A stretch of 64,000 nucleotides of DNA from Vicugna vicugna. Taxonomy: Eukaryota. The translations under genes and the position numbers were made by a program. Of the stretch, positions 41,701 to 64,000 are shown piece after piece. The stretch covers positions 3,009,462 through 3,073,461 of the forward strand of contig MU062811.1 in assembly GCA_013265495.1 (NCBI GenBank). Reading direction: 5' to 3'. Within the stretch, counting starts at the first letter, position 1; each line of letters begins with the position of its first letter. The notes beneath the pieces are model-generated. The model was given only the letters and a program-made list of their open reading frames with translations, was not told the origin of the DNA and made no database searches.

Positions 41701-43815
41701 TACTTCATGGCTTTTGGTACCATGTCATGTTTATGGCTACGGACCTCAATAGGCCCTCTCTGGTTCCTGATGTCCTGGTTTCTCATAAGCTCACTCCCCT
41801 TAATCACTGCAGCTCAGACCTTTACACTTTCCTGTCCTCCGAGCCCCAGCCTCGCATGAAAATACATCACAGAGAAAATTAGACATCAGATGGCACATCC
41901 AGAGTTGTCTGTCCTGTCCTAGGGGCAGAAGCTGATGGCCCCAGCTGCTCCTGGGGTCGGGCCCCTCCCAGCTCGTAGGCCTCGCACTGTGTGTGGCCCC
42001 TCCTCCTGCCACTCCCTCTGCTGACTTCCTCTGGGTTTTCCCACCTGGTACAAACCCTCTCTTCACTCCACATCCTCCTCTAGCTCTTATCTTCCAGCTC
42101 TTCCATCAGCAGCCAAGTCAGAGGACTTACCTAGGTTCAGAGGCTGCTTTTCCTCGCCTCCCACCCATTCCTCCACCTGCTCCAAACTGGCTTCTGCCCC
42201 TCCCCGCCCTCTGAGACTGCCACAGTCCCCAGGCCTCTGTCTCCACAAAACCCAGAGGACCCTTCCGAGTTCTCATCTTGCTTCATGAGACCTTTCAGCC
42301 TCATAAAGCTATGGCCTCCAGCCTCCTTCAATGCCACTAACAGCTTGTACTGTGGGTTTTCCTCCTTCCTTACTGGTTTCCTTTATCTGGTCCCTAAGGA
42401 CCTGGTTTTCTGGCTGAGGTTCAGGCACCATCCTCCTCTCACTCTGCACACTGGCAGATCTTGGAACCGCCTGTGTGCCGACCACACGCAGATCTGCATA
42501 TCCAGCCTGGGCTTCTCCCCTGAGCTTCCAGAACCATCCACTCATTTCACAGGCACCTCTCCATCCTGCCTCAGGACTGTCAAACAGAATGTTTTCTCCC
42601 CTCTTCACCTTGTAAATACCTCCTTAACCTTCAGGCACCATGCAAAATGTCACTATCAAAATAGATAAAGTTTACTTCCCTGAGCCTCTTAATAATTTTG
42701 CATGTCATCTCCTTTCCCCCAGCCACAGGCTATCTTTTTTATTGAAGTAAAATTCATATAACATGAAACTCATAATTTTAACCATTTTCAAATTCACAAT
42801 TCAGCTGCATTTAGTACATTCACAATGTTGTGCAACCATCACCACTAATTCCAGACCATTTTCATCACCCTCCAAAACAAACCCTGTACCCATTAAGAAG
42901 TCACTCCCCATTTCCTCAGAGTCCCCCAAGTCTGGTAACCACAAATCTTCTCTTTGTCTTTATGGATTTGCCTGTTTGGGACATTTCATATAAATGGCAC
43001 CATACAGTATGTGACCTTTTGTGTCTGGCTTCTCTCACTTGGCATGTTTCATGGCATCTTGTAGTTCTTTAGTTCAGCCGATACTTCTTACCTGCTGTGG
43101 GCCAGGACGGTGCAAGATGCTGTACTTTTCCATTGTGATGCGCATCACAGCTGTAATTAAGTAGCTGAGACCTGATCTCTTGACCTGAGCTCTATCTGTG
43201 AGCTCCCTTAGGTCAGAGATACCACCTGCCATTCATCCTGGTAGTCACGGGAGGTGCTCACAAGTTTGCGATGCCTGAGTGAAAGTTGTATCTAGGGGAT
43301 GAAAGTCATATCCAGTGCAGGGGGCCGTGTCTTTCGGGCTCACCAGTGTGTTTCCATCAGCCAGCATGGGTTGGCCAGGGAGCAGTGACTCAGTGTTTGC
43401 TGAGCAGAGGAATGAGCCCTATTTCATGGTGGAGTAGGGGTGGGAGGAGGGCAGAAGCTGGGCTTTGGGAGGGCTGAGCCCGCTGCTTCTCCCTGACCCT
43501 GTCTGCGCTCTCTTTGCAGGCAGAGTGTCTCTGGCGCAATTCGCCCTGGCCTTCGTGACCGACACGTGTGTGGCGGGTGCGCTATTGTGTGGGGCTGGAC
43601 TGCTCTTCCATGGGATGCTGCTGCTGAGGGGCCAGACCACGTGGGAGTGGGCCCGGGGCCAGCACTCTTATGACCTGGGTCCCTGCCACAACCTGCAGGC
43701 AGCCCTGGGGCCCCGCTGGGTCCTCGTCTGGCTCTGGCCCTTCCTGGCTTCCCCGTTGCCTGGGGATGGGATCACCTTCCAGACCACAGCTGATGTGGGA
43801 CTCATGGCTTCCTGA
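38748..43815 (+). CDS. ZDHHC24: Zinc finger DHHC-type palmitoyltransferase 24, complete, 3 exons, 284 aa
   Basis: Exons 38748-39028, 40007-40284, 43520-43815 (855 nt, GT-AG). Cys-rich domain [38 protein letters not shown] with DHHC at 40086-40097; hydrophobic segments; synteny with ACTN3 and BBS1. Confidence 0.96.
39175..39750 (+). mobile_element. L2 3' fragment in ZDHHC24 intron 1
   Basis: caaatatttattgagtacctactatgtgcaagg...ggaagaatattccaggcagagggaacag...gcaaaggccct. Confidence 0.65.
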
Positions 43816-44104
43816 CTTTGGGAAGAGCTTGAGCTGTACAAGGTGTGGGAAGCAGGAGAGGTGACTCAACTCATTTCAGACCCACCCCCAGCCTCAGGAG
43901 GGGAGGCGACTTGTTACTTGATGCCTGCTTTTGGCAACTCCAGCCCCACCCTTGGCCTTGGCCTTGGCCTTGCCCTTGCCCAGCTTGGACACCTAGTGTC
44001 CAGGGCTTGGGCCCTGTGATTCTGCCTCTGTCAGTGGCCCCTAAATACAGTGGAGGGTCTGGTAAGGGTCTGCTTAGCCAACCTAGCTGCCCCTTTGCCA
44101 GGAT

Positions 44105-44110
44105 AATAAA
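44105..44110 (+). terminator. ZDHHC24 candidate polyadenylation signal AATAAA
   Basis: First canonical hexamer ~290 nt after the stop, followed by T/GT-rich sequence. Confidence 0.7.
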
Positions 44111-46765
44111 GCTCCCCTCTTGGTTTTTGGACTTCCTCCAACTTTGTGGGTTTCTGGTCCTTCACTGTTGCTGGGGCTGCTGTTTTTGGTGCCTCTGATT
44201 GTCCGGCCTGGGAACCACAGAATGCCTGATAGTTTGGAGTCAGGGCTCTGCCTTCTGTTGCCTTGGGGAGGGGGTTGAGGGAGGCCAGCCGGCCAAGGCA
44301 GAATGTAGTAATCCAAGGAATGAGAATCTGACATTCTTTCCCAGGTTCAGTGCTTTACAGTTAGGTACACTGGGCGGCAGTTATACAAGTGATAAACTTA
44401 CAGCGCTGAGAGCTGATGTGATAAGATCGTGGGATAGCAAATGGAGAAGCCTGGATTTGAACCCAGATCTCTGTGCTTTCTCCTTCACCCTTGCACAGCC
44501 GAGGGAAGGGAGTAGGAGAAAGCCAGAGAAAGCAGGTGGGGATGATTAAGCATCCGTGAGGAACGGTACTGAAGGCTGAGCTCCTCCTCTCTGGACTCTT
44601 CAGGAGCTACTGTTAACACTTTTACTTAAGTATAGTGAACAAACACTTCCAGTTAAATGCAGCAGGTTTAAATACATGAATTTACCTGTTTACTCTTAAA
44701 ATCTAAAATGATAGTAGCAAAATAAAAAATGATGTAAATTTACAAAGAGAAAGAAAATAGGAGGGAGACAGCTGTAGACCAAAGAGCTTGACAACATTTT
44801 GAAAGATAGAAAGTGGACGGAGGCTCATTTACTCTCTCAGAGAATCAGAAGTTGAAATTAAGTGTTCCCAGAAGGAGGGGCCAAGAGGCAGCCAAACCAG
44901 CCCCCAGAGCCCTGCAGAGGCTCAGGAATTCCACCAGCACCATGGAAGCCAAGGTTTGGGGCTGACAGTAGGGACTGATCCAAACAGCCTACGTGAGGAG
45001 CAGCTAGGCTGCCCCTCCCCCCAGGGTCCACCTGACCCCTGGCAGCCAAGCAGCTACCCCACTGGGTGGGGGTGGGGGCTTTTTGAAGCACCTTTGGAGC
45101 ACTCGGGAGGGTGAGGGTGAGGGGCTGGACCAAAAATGGGGTTAAGTGAAAATCTAGATGCTGCTGTTTGGGGGCGGGGTCCTCCAGTGACCTTGCCTCC
45201 CAAGAACCCTCAGAGAAGCCCACCCTTCTGACAGGCCCTCCCGATGCCCACAGAGGTTTGAGCTACCAGGACTTTGTTTTTCCAAATGGCATGCATGGTC
45301 TATTACTATTTTTTCTCTGTAAGGAACTTGGTGTCCCTGTTACTCTGTGCTGTACATAAGCATTGGCTGACTTCCTGTTTTCTCCTCTGCTTTACCCCTC
45401 TCCCTCCAGAATATCTTTTCTTGTAATTTTACTAAAGAGGAGATGCAAGAAAACATAAAATAAAGAGAAACACCACCATCCCCAGCCCCATTTGAGAAAT
45501 GGATACCATTTCCTTTGAAGTCTCTCCTGGGCCCCTCCCTTGTAGAGGAAACACTGTGCTGGTTAATCATTCCCTTGCTTTGCTTTGTGATGTCATTATA
45601 TATACTTGTATTGATTTTGCATGGTTTTGAATTTTATATAAAAGGAACCATACCATATTTATTCTTCTGTGATTTGCTTTTTCACCCAATACTATGTTTC
45701 TGAGATTTATCACAATTAATGTGTACAGCTGTAGGGCATTCCTTTTCCTTGCTGTATAGTGAGCCATTGAAAATACCACAATTTATTTTTCTATTTTGTC
45801 CCACTGATCCTTGTATCTACCCCTGTATATGATCCCCTATGATCTATTCTTGGCCCTTGCTCTCCATATAAATTTTAGGATCAGTTTGTCAAGTTACACC
45901 AATAAAAACCCCTTTGAAACTGTGAATGGAACCCAACTGGACCTATAGATCGGTTTGGGAAAAATTGACATCTACATGAAATTGAATTTTCCAGTTCATG
46001 AACATGATGTATCTCCCCATTTAATGTTTTCAATAAAGTTATATACTTTTTCTCATAAAGATCATGCCTTTTTTTGTTAAGATTTATTATTTGATATTGT
46101 TATCCTATTGTTCATGGCTTATGAAAATAAATTATTTCCAGCAAAGCTAAAACTTATAATTTACTTGTAAATTCTTCTGAGTTTTCTATAGTTATATCTA
46201 TGAAAAAATGGTTTTGCTTCTCCCTTTTAATCTTTTTTTTCATTTTTAAAAAACTGAAGTATAGTCAGTTTACAGTGTAATTTCTTGTGTACAGCTTGAT
46301 CATTTTATATACTCTTACTTTTTTTTTCCTTTAAATATATTGAAAACACATATTCTATATACTGTTTGGTAATTCTAATATCTTAAGTCTTTGAGGTCTG
46401 ATTATGCAGGCTATTGTTTGTTTGCTCTTGCTCACAATGCCTTATTTTCCTGTAATTTGTGAGTTCTGACTGTAAGTTCTTATTTCCTGCAATTTTATCA
46501 ATGGAGATTTTTTGAGATTGGGTTAAAAGTAAATTCTTCCAGGGAAGAAATGTGTTTATCAGTTGCCTGATGACAAACCAATTCTGCACCACTTTAAATT
46601 CTGCACCACTTTAAATTCTCAGCTAGGGGTCTTTTGAGCGACCTGGGTATTGTCAATTTACGTTGCAAATTTATTCAGGCTGGCATGTGGTTAAAAATTT
46701 TCAGGAGAGATCTTTCCCCTCTTCTACCCAGTATTAGGCTTGGAAATAGGCAATTTCCCTTGCTG

Positions 46766-46910
46766 NNNNNNNNNNNNNNNNNNNNNNNNNNNNNNNNNNN
46801 NNNNNNNNNNNNNNNNNNNNNNNNNNNNNNNNNNNNNNNNNNNNNNNNNNNNNNNNNNNNNNNNNNNNNNNNNNNNNNNNNNNNNNNNNNNNNNNNNNNN
46901 NNNNNNNNNN
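46766..46910. other. Assembly gap (145 N)
   Basis: N run inside repeat sequence. Confidence 0.99.
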
Positions 46911-47236
46911 TCTAGTTTCCTAAGGTAAAACCTTAGATTATTGATTTTAGATCTTTCTTCTTTTCTAATATATCCAATTTAATGCTATAAACTCCCCTCC
47001 AAGTAGTGCTTTCACTGCATTCCACAAATTTTGATAAGTTGTGTTTTCATTTTCATTTAGTTCAAAATATTTTAGTATTTCTCTTAAGATTTCTTCTTTG
47101 ACCTACGTGTTATTTAGAAGCATGCTGTTGAAGTTCCAAGTATTTTGAAATTTTTTCATTATCTTTCTGTTATTTATTTACATTTTGGTCTGAGAGCAGA
47201 CTTACATGATTTCTATTCTACTAAATTTGTTAAGGT

Positions 47237-47781
47237 TTAACATTTTTTATTGATTTATAATCATTTTACAATGTTGTGTCAAATTCCAGTGTAAAGCACA
47301 ATTTTTCAGTTATACGTGAACATTCATTGTCAAATTTTTTCTCTGTGAGCTACCATAAGATCTTGTATATATTTCCCTGTGCTATACAGTATAATCTTGT
47401 TTATCTATTCTACAATTTTGAAATCCCAGTCTATCCCTTCCCATCCTCCACCCCCTGGCAACCACAAGTTTGTATTCTATGTCTATGAGTCTATTTCTGT
47501 TTTGTATTTATGCTTTGTTTGTTTTAGATTCCACATATGAGCGATCTCATATGGTATTTTTCTTTCTCTTCCTGGCTTACTTCACTTAGAATGACATTCT
47601 CCAGGGGCATCCATGTTGCTGCAAATGGCGTTATGTTGTCAGTTTTTATGGCTGAATAGTATTCCATTGTATAAATATACCACATCTTCTTTATCAAGTC
47701 ATCTGTTGATGGACATTTAGGCTGTTTCCATGTTTTGACTATTGTAAATAGTGCTACTATGAACAATGGGGTGCAGGTGTC
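47237..47781 (-). mobile_element. Young 5'-truncated LINE-1 nested in an older L1
   Basis: ORF2 end ...FAATWMPLENVILSEVSQ; 9-bp TSD tgttaaggt at 47228-47236 and 47782-47790; older L1 ORF2 sequence resumes on both sides. Confidence 0.9.
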
Positions 47782-48978
47782 TGTTAAGGTGTTTTTTATG
47801 GCCCAGAATGTGGTCTATCTTGGTGAATGTTCCATGTGACCTTGAGAAAAATGTGTATTCTGCTGTTGAGGTAGTCTGTAGATGTCTGTCAGTGATCCAG
47901 TTGGTTGATGGTGTTGTTGAGCTCAACTATGTCCTTGAAAAGATACCATAATTAAAGACTGAACAGAGAGCAAAAAGAGAATTAAAATAATAGAATTTTA
48001 AAAACAATTCTGGAGAAGAGTCAAAAGATAAAAATCTCTCAGAAAATAGAAAAGACAATATGAGAGAAGAAAGAAGAAAACCAGAGGATCAGTACTGCTC
48101 TCTCTGGAACTGCCATTTATCAAATGCTAGGCTTAATCAGAATTCCAGAGAGAACTGAGAAAATGGGAAGACATCTCTCAAGAAACAGTTTTCTGGAACC
48201 GAAGGATGTATGTCTCCACCCTGCGGCACAATGAATAATGACACGTGGTAAGGCACATTCAGACCTTTCAGAACCTCAGAGCAAAAATGCCATGAACTTC
48301 TCCACAGCATTACCAAAGATTAGAATACAAGGGAGTAAAAATGGTTTTCTTACATAAAAATAAAAGATTTTCAACTTCAAGTTTTATGACCCAAACTATT
48401 ACATACGTGTACGAACTAAATAAAGAAATTTTCAGACAGATAGTGTCTTAAAAATGTTAACTCTAGTGACTTTTTAAAGAAGGTCCCTGTGGATATGCTT
48501 CACCAAATGAAGGGTAAAGGAACTATGAAGGAAGACATGGGGTCCAGGAATCAGGGAATCTAGCCCAGGACATGGCAGAGAGAATTCCCAGAAGTGCTCT
48601 GCTGCAGATCTAGAGAGCAAACAGCACTCAAGCAGCGGGATGAAGGGAAGTGTACAGAAAAAAGAGGAACTGGCACACTGAGCTGGGGAAGAATTAGCAA
48701 TTGGTATACATAGAAAACTAAGCAAATGGAAAGAATAGGGCAATTATTAACTCCATGAAAAATAAGTAAGTACAAAAAAAGTAATTTAATTAGAGCCCAA
48801 GTGTTTGCTCTGCAGTGGGTAACTTTCTCCTAATAATCCAAATAATGAGTATGGATTTACCTAGAAACTGGGGAGAAAAGGAGAGGGCAGGGTGCTGTCA
48901 CAAGAGAGCTAAAGCCTCATCTGTTATGAGGGAGCCAACAAATAGTGTCTAAATACATTTAAAGAATACACAGCTAAG

Positions 48979-49737
48979 TGGAGAAAAGGGAACCCTCCTA
49001 CACTGCTGGTGAGCATGCAGTTTGGTGCAGCCACTGTGGAAAACAGTATGGAGAGTCCTCAAAAGACCAGGAATAGACTTACCATATGGCCCAGTAATCC
49101 CATTCCTGGGCATATATCCAGAAGGAACCCTACTTCAAAAAGACACCTGCACCCCCAATGTTCAAATAGCAGCACGCAATAGCCAAGACATGGAAACAGC
49201 CTAAATGTCCACTGACAGATGAGTGGATAAAGAAGACGTGGTATATTTATACAATGGAATACTACTCAGCAATAAAAAAACAACATAATGCCATTTGCAG
49301 CAACATGGATGTCCCTGGAAAATGTCATTCTAAGTGAAGTAAGCCAGCAAGAGAGAAAAATACCATATGAGACCACTCATATGTGGAATCTAAAATAAAA
49401 AAAGAAAAGAAAAAGACAAATGAACATAAATATAAAACAGAAACAGACTCATAGACATAGAATACAAACTTGTGGTTGCCGGGGGGAGTGGGGTGGGAAG
49501 GGACAGACTAGGAGTTCAAAATTTGTAGATACTGACAGGCATATGTAGAATAGATTAAAAAGATTATACTGTATAGCACAGGGAAATATATACAGGATCT
49601 TGTGGTAGCTCACAGTGAAAAAGAATGCGACAATGAATATATGTATGTTCATGTATAACTGAAAAATTGTGCTCTACACTGGAAATTGACACAACATTGT
49701 AAACGGACTATAGTTCAATAAAACAAAATTTTAAAAA
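48979..49737 (+). mobile_element. Young 5'-truncated LINE-1 of the same family
   Basis: [10 protein letters not shown]... ORF2 end, 3'UTR and A tail; TSD aaagaatacacagctaag (48961-48978) / aaagaataaaaagctaag (49738-49755). Confidence 0.9.
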
Positions 49738-52089
49738 AAAGAATAAAAAGCTAAGAGGACTGAAAATGACTGTAGCAGGCAGCAGTACTGGGGAATAGGG
49801 AGAGGCTGTATTCTTGTTATAAACTACCTAATTCCAGAGTACTAAGTATGTTTTTAGATACTTAAAAAAAAAAAACCCAAAACCCCAGAAAACTACCTCT
49901 CCTTATCCTTAACGCACACAATTTCTTGGAGCTCTATCTACCTCGTGGGGCCATTGGGTATCATGCACCGTTTCTTGCTTCATATTGTTTTATGTACACT
50001 GTCCACACCAGTGCAGTCCACATAGTTTTAATAATAGGTACACAGTATTACATCATATAAATTCACGTTAGGTGTTGGGCTTAGGAACAATTTCTCCACT
50101 TTCATCATCATGAATAACTATGAACAGAACCCAGATCAGACTTGTTTGTTCCGAGTTCACACAGTTCATCACTTGACTGGGGTGAAAGGGATCGTACAGT
50201 TATCTGGCCTAACATTCAACCTTGTGAAGTGACAGCCCAGCCCCAGTGACACAGCTCCAGTGACAGGGCTCAATACCTTCTAAGGCAGGCCCTTCCATCT
50301 TTGATAAGCTCTCTTAGAAAACTTCACATGAAGTTGAAATCTCTCTGACAGCGACACTCCCTCCACCCGTCTTTCCAATTCCAGACTAAACCTCCTGCTT
50401 ATTCCAACGGTGCCTCAGTTGGCTTGATCTAGAAACTCTTGACCATCCTAACTGAACTGGTCTATGTTTGTGAGTGGCTGGACCATGCAGAGAGGGGGAT
50501 GGGCTCTTCCTTCGGTCCAGACCCCTTGCTTCTCTTAACCTGGCCCCAGAATACATTCCATGGGAAGGACAGAGGGTGGCTGTGGTCTGTCCCTCACTGT
50601 GTCTTGGGCACAGAGGCTGTCGCCCAGCAGAATCAATCAGCTTGGGGCCCTTGGTCTCAAGAGCAAAAGCTCTGCACTGAACTCCTGTCAAGTACCCCCT
50701 TTCTGGAGTCGATTCCTCGTTTCCTCCAGAGGGGCTACCAGGCTCTAGGATGTTAGAGCTGAATCTGGTCTAACTGCTTCATTTTACACTTGGGGAAACT
50801 GAAACCCACAGGGATTTGGTTACTTCCCACAAGCCTGAGCCTTCTGCCACACACTAGGCTGCACCTGGTCAGACAGGGGAAGATACAGGTCCTTCCTCGG
50901 GGAGTAGGGTTCCTGGCTCACAGATGGCTCAGGGAGGCCCTGGCAGCATCAACCCAAAAGAAGGATGTTGAGGTGGGCCAGGCAGGCTAGCCAAGGGGCT
51001 CCAGGAGGCCTCAAGGGTCTGGACTGTGGGTCTCTGACCCTTGTGGTCTAACATGTGTCTTCAATCAATCGTCAACCTGACTCAACACCTATGATCTACG
51101 CCTTTCCAGCTTATTTCTCACAATATGGCCACTGCCCAGTGAACTTCCCACTCACATGATTGATCTGGGCTCCAGGGCATATAGAAGGGCATCTTGATCA
51201 GCAGTTCTGGGCTTCTGCCTCCTGTGTCCCCTGCCCCGGACCCCAGAGACACCTGTCCTGTGTGCCTGGGCCCCACCTGTGCTCTGTCTAGCTGAGCTGT
51301 CCTCTCCTGGGATGCTTTCCGGGTGTGAGCATCCAAGTCGGGAGCAGCAGCTATGTGGTCCTCAGAAGGCTGGTCAGGGCTGGGCCACTAGCTCCCTGCA
51401 CAGGAACTCTCTGCCCTCCCACACCAGCTTCTCCCTTGGCAATCTTCATGGAGCATCACAGGCCTGAGACTTTGGCTGAGCCCAAAATTTCAGAAAAGCC
51501 CCCTGTGGGAAGGCAGCTATTCCCTGGGCCCCCTGAATAGAAGGAGGGGCCCTCTGCTCAGCCCAAGAGAGGAGATGAGAGCAGTGTTTTGCCTGCAAGC
51601 TGAGCTGGCAGCAGCCAAGCCTCTGGAACCCCAGGAGCAACAGGGGGCTAGTTTCACCCATGAAAAGCCTGATTGTCCCAGGCCAGGACCTAGCCAATTG
51701 GCTTGGGCCTGCAACAGCTGCAGAGTGACGTGCCCAAGGGAAGCGGCAAAGAAGTCTGGGCCTCTGCGCCTCATCTCACCTTGACCACTTCAGAACTCTT
51801 CCTTCAGACCTGGGTGTGGTTTCTGGAGAAAAGTGGGGAGCACAGAAAAGCAGCAAAAGCCCTGGGAGAAGGAAGGAGCTGAACCTCCTGGGTACTCACT
51901 GACCTGGGGCTGCAGGTCACCCAGTGGTCAGGTGGTGAGAAAGGGGCACTTAGGAGAGGAGAGGGAAGCTGTCACTCCTGCACACTGCTGCGCGGGGAGT
52001 GGGCCTTGCGCCACTGACTGTCCGGCCCGGTAGAAGGGCTGGATCTTCCTGGTCCTGGTTCCACAGGGGCTTTTACACCAGCCCGGGGG

Positions 52090-64000
<11,911 letters not shown>

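Larger units (their letters stand above)
44600..48960. mobile_element. Ancient HAL1/L1 ORF1-like remnant interrupted by older L1M fragments (45400-47940)
   Basis: A-rich ORF1-like decayed sequence at ~44600-45350 and ~47940-48960, split by minus-strand L1 3'UTR/ORF2 pieces. Family assignment from memory. Confidence 0.45.

Noticed and set aside
43950-43980. (CCTTGG)3(CCTTGC)2 in the ZDHHC24 3'UTR
   Set aside because: Short simple repeat with no evidence of function.
46581-46619. 17-bp tandem duplication attctgcaccactttaa
   Set aside because: Local slippage inside old repeat sequence.
50027-50032. ATTAAA (minus strand) as the BBS1 poly(A) signal
   Set aside because: About 2 kb from the stop in AT-rich sequence; cannot be distinguished from chance without 3'-end data.

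Overview
Mammalian genomic DNA from a GC-rich, gene-dense region, most likely a camelid (alpaca, llama or camel), judged from seven tRNA-Ala-derived SINEs of the vic-1 type. It is the block syntenic to human 11q13.2, read in reverse: CTSF (+), ACTN3 (-), ZDHHC24 (+), BBS1 (-). I traced all exons by hand with GT-AG junctions and continuous frames. CTSF has 14 exons (460 aa), ACTN3 21 exons (902 aa), ZDHHC24 3 exons (284 aa), and BBS1 exons 4 (partial) to 17 are present. The first ~19.7 kb and 44.2-50 kb are intergenic and repeat-rich (L2, MIR, older L1, DNA transposons, MaLR, a solo ERV LTR, young 5'-truncated L1s with TSDs, SINEs), with three N gaps. I found no new biological system. The most worthwhile observations are lineage-level: a 91-nt CTSF intron that is coding in human, a non-CpG codon at the ACTN3 R577 position, two candidate poison splice events in ACTN3, an LTR ~800 bp upstream of the CTSF start codon, and an inverted pair of young L1s between ZDHHC24 and BBS1. 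Human comparisons and repeat family names are from memory, not from alignments or database searches.
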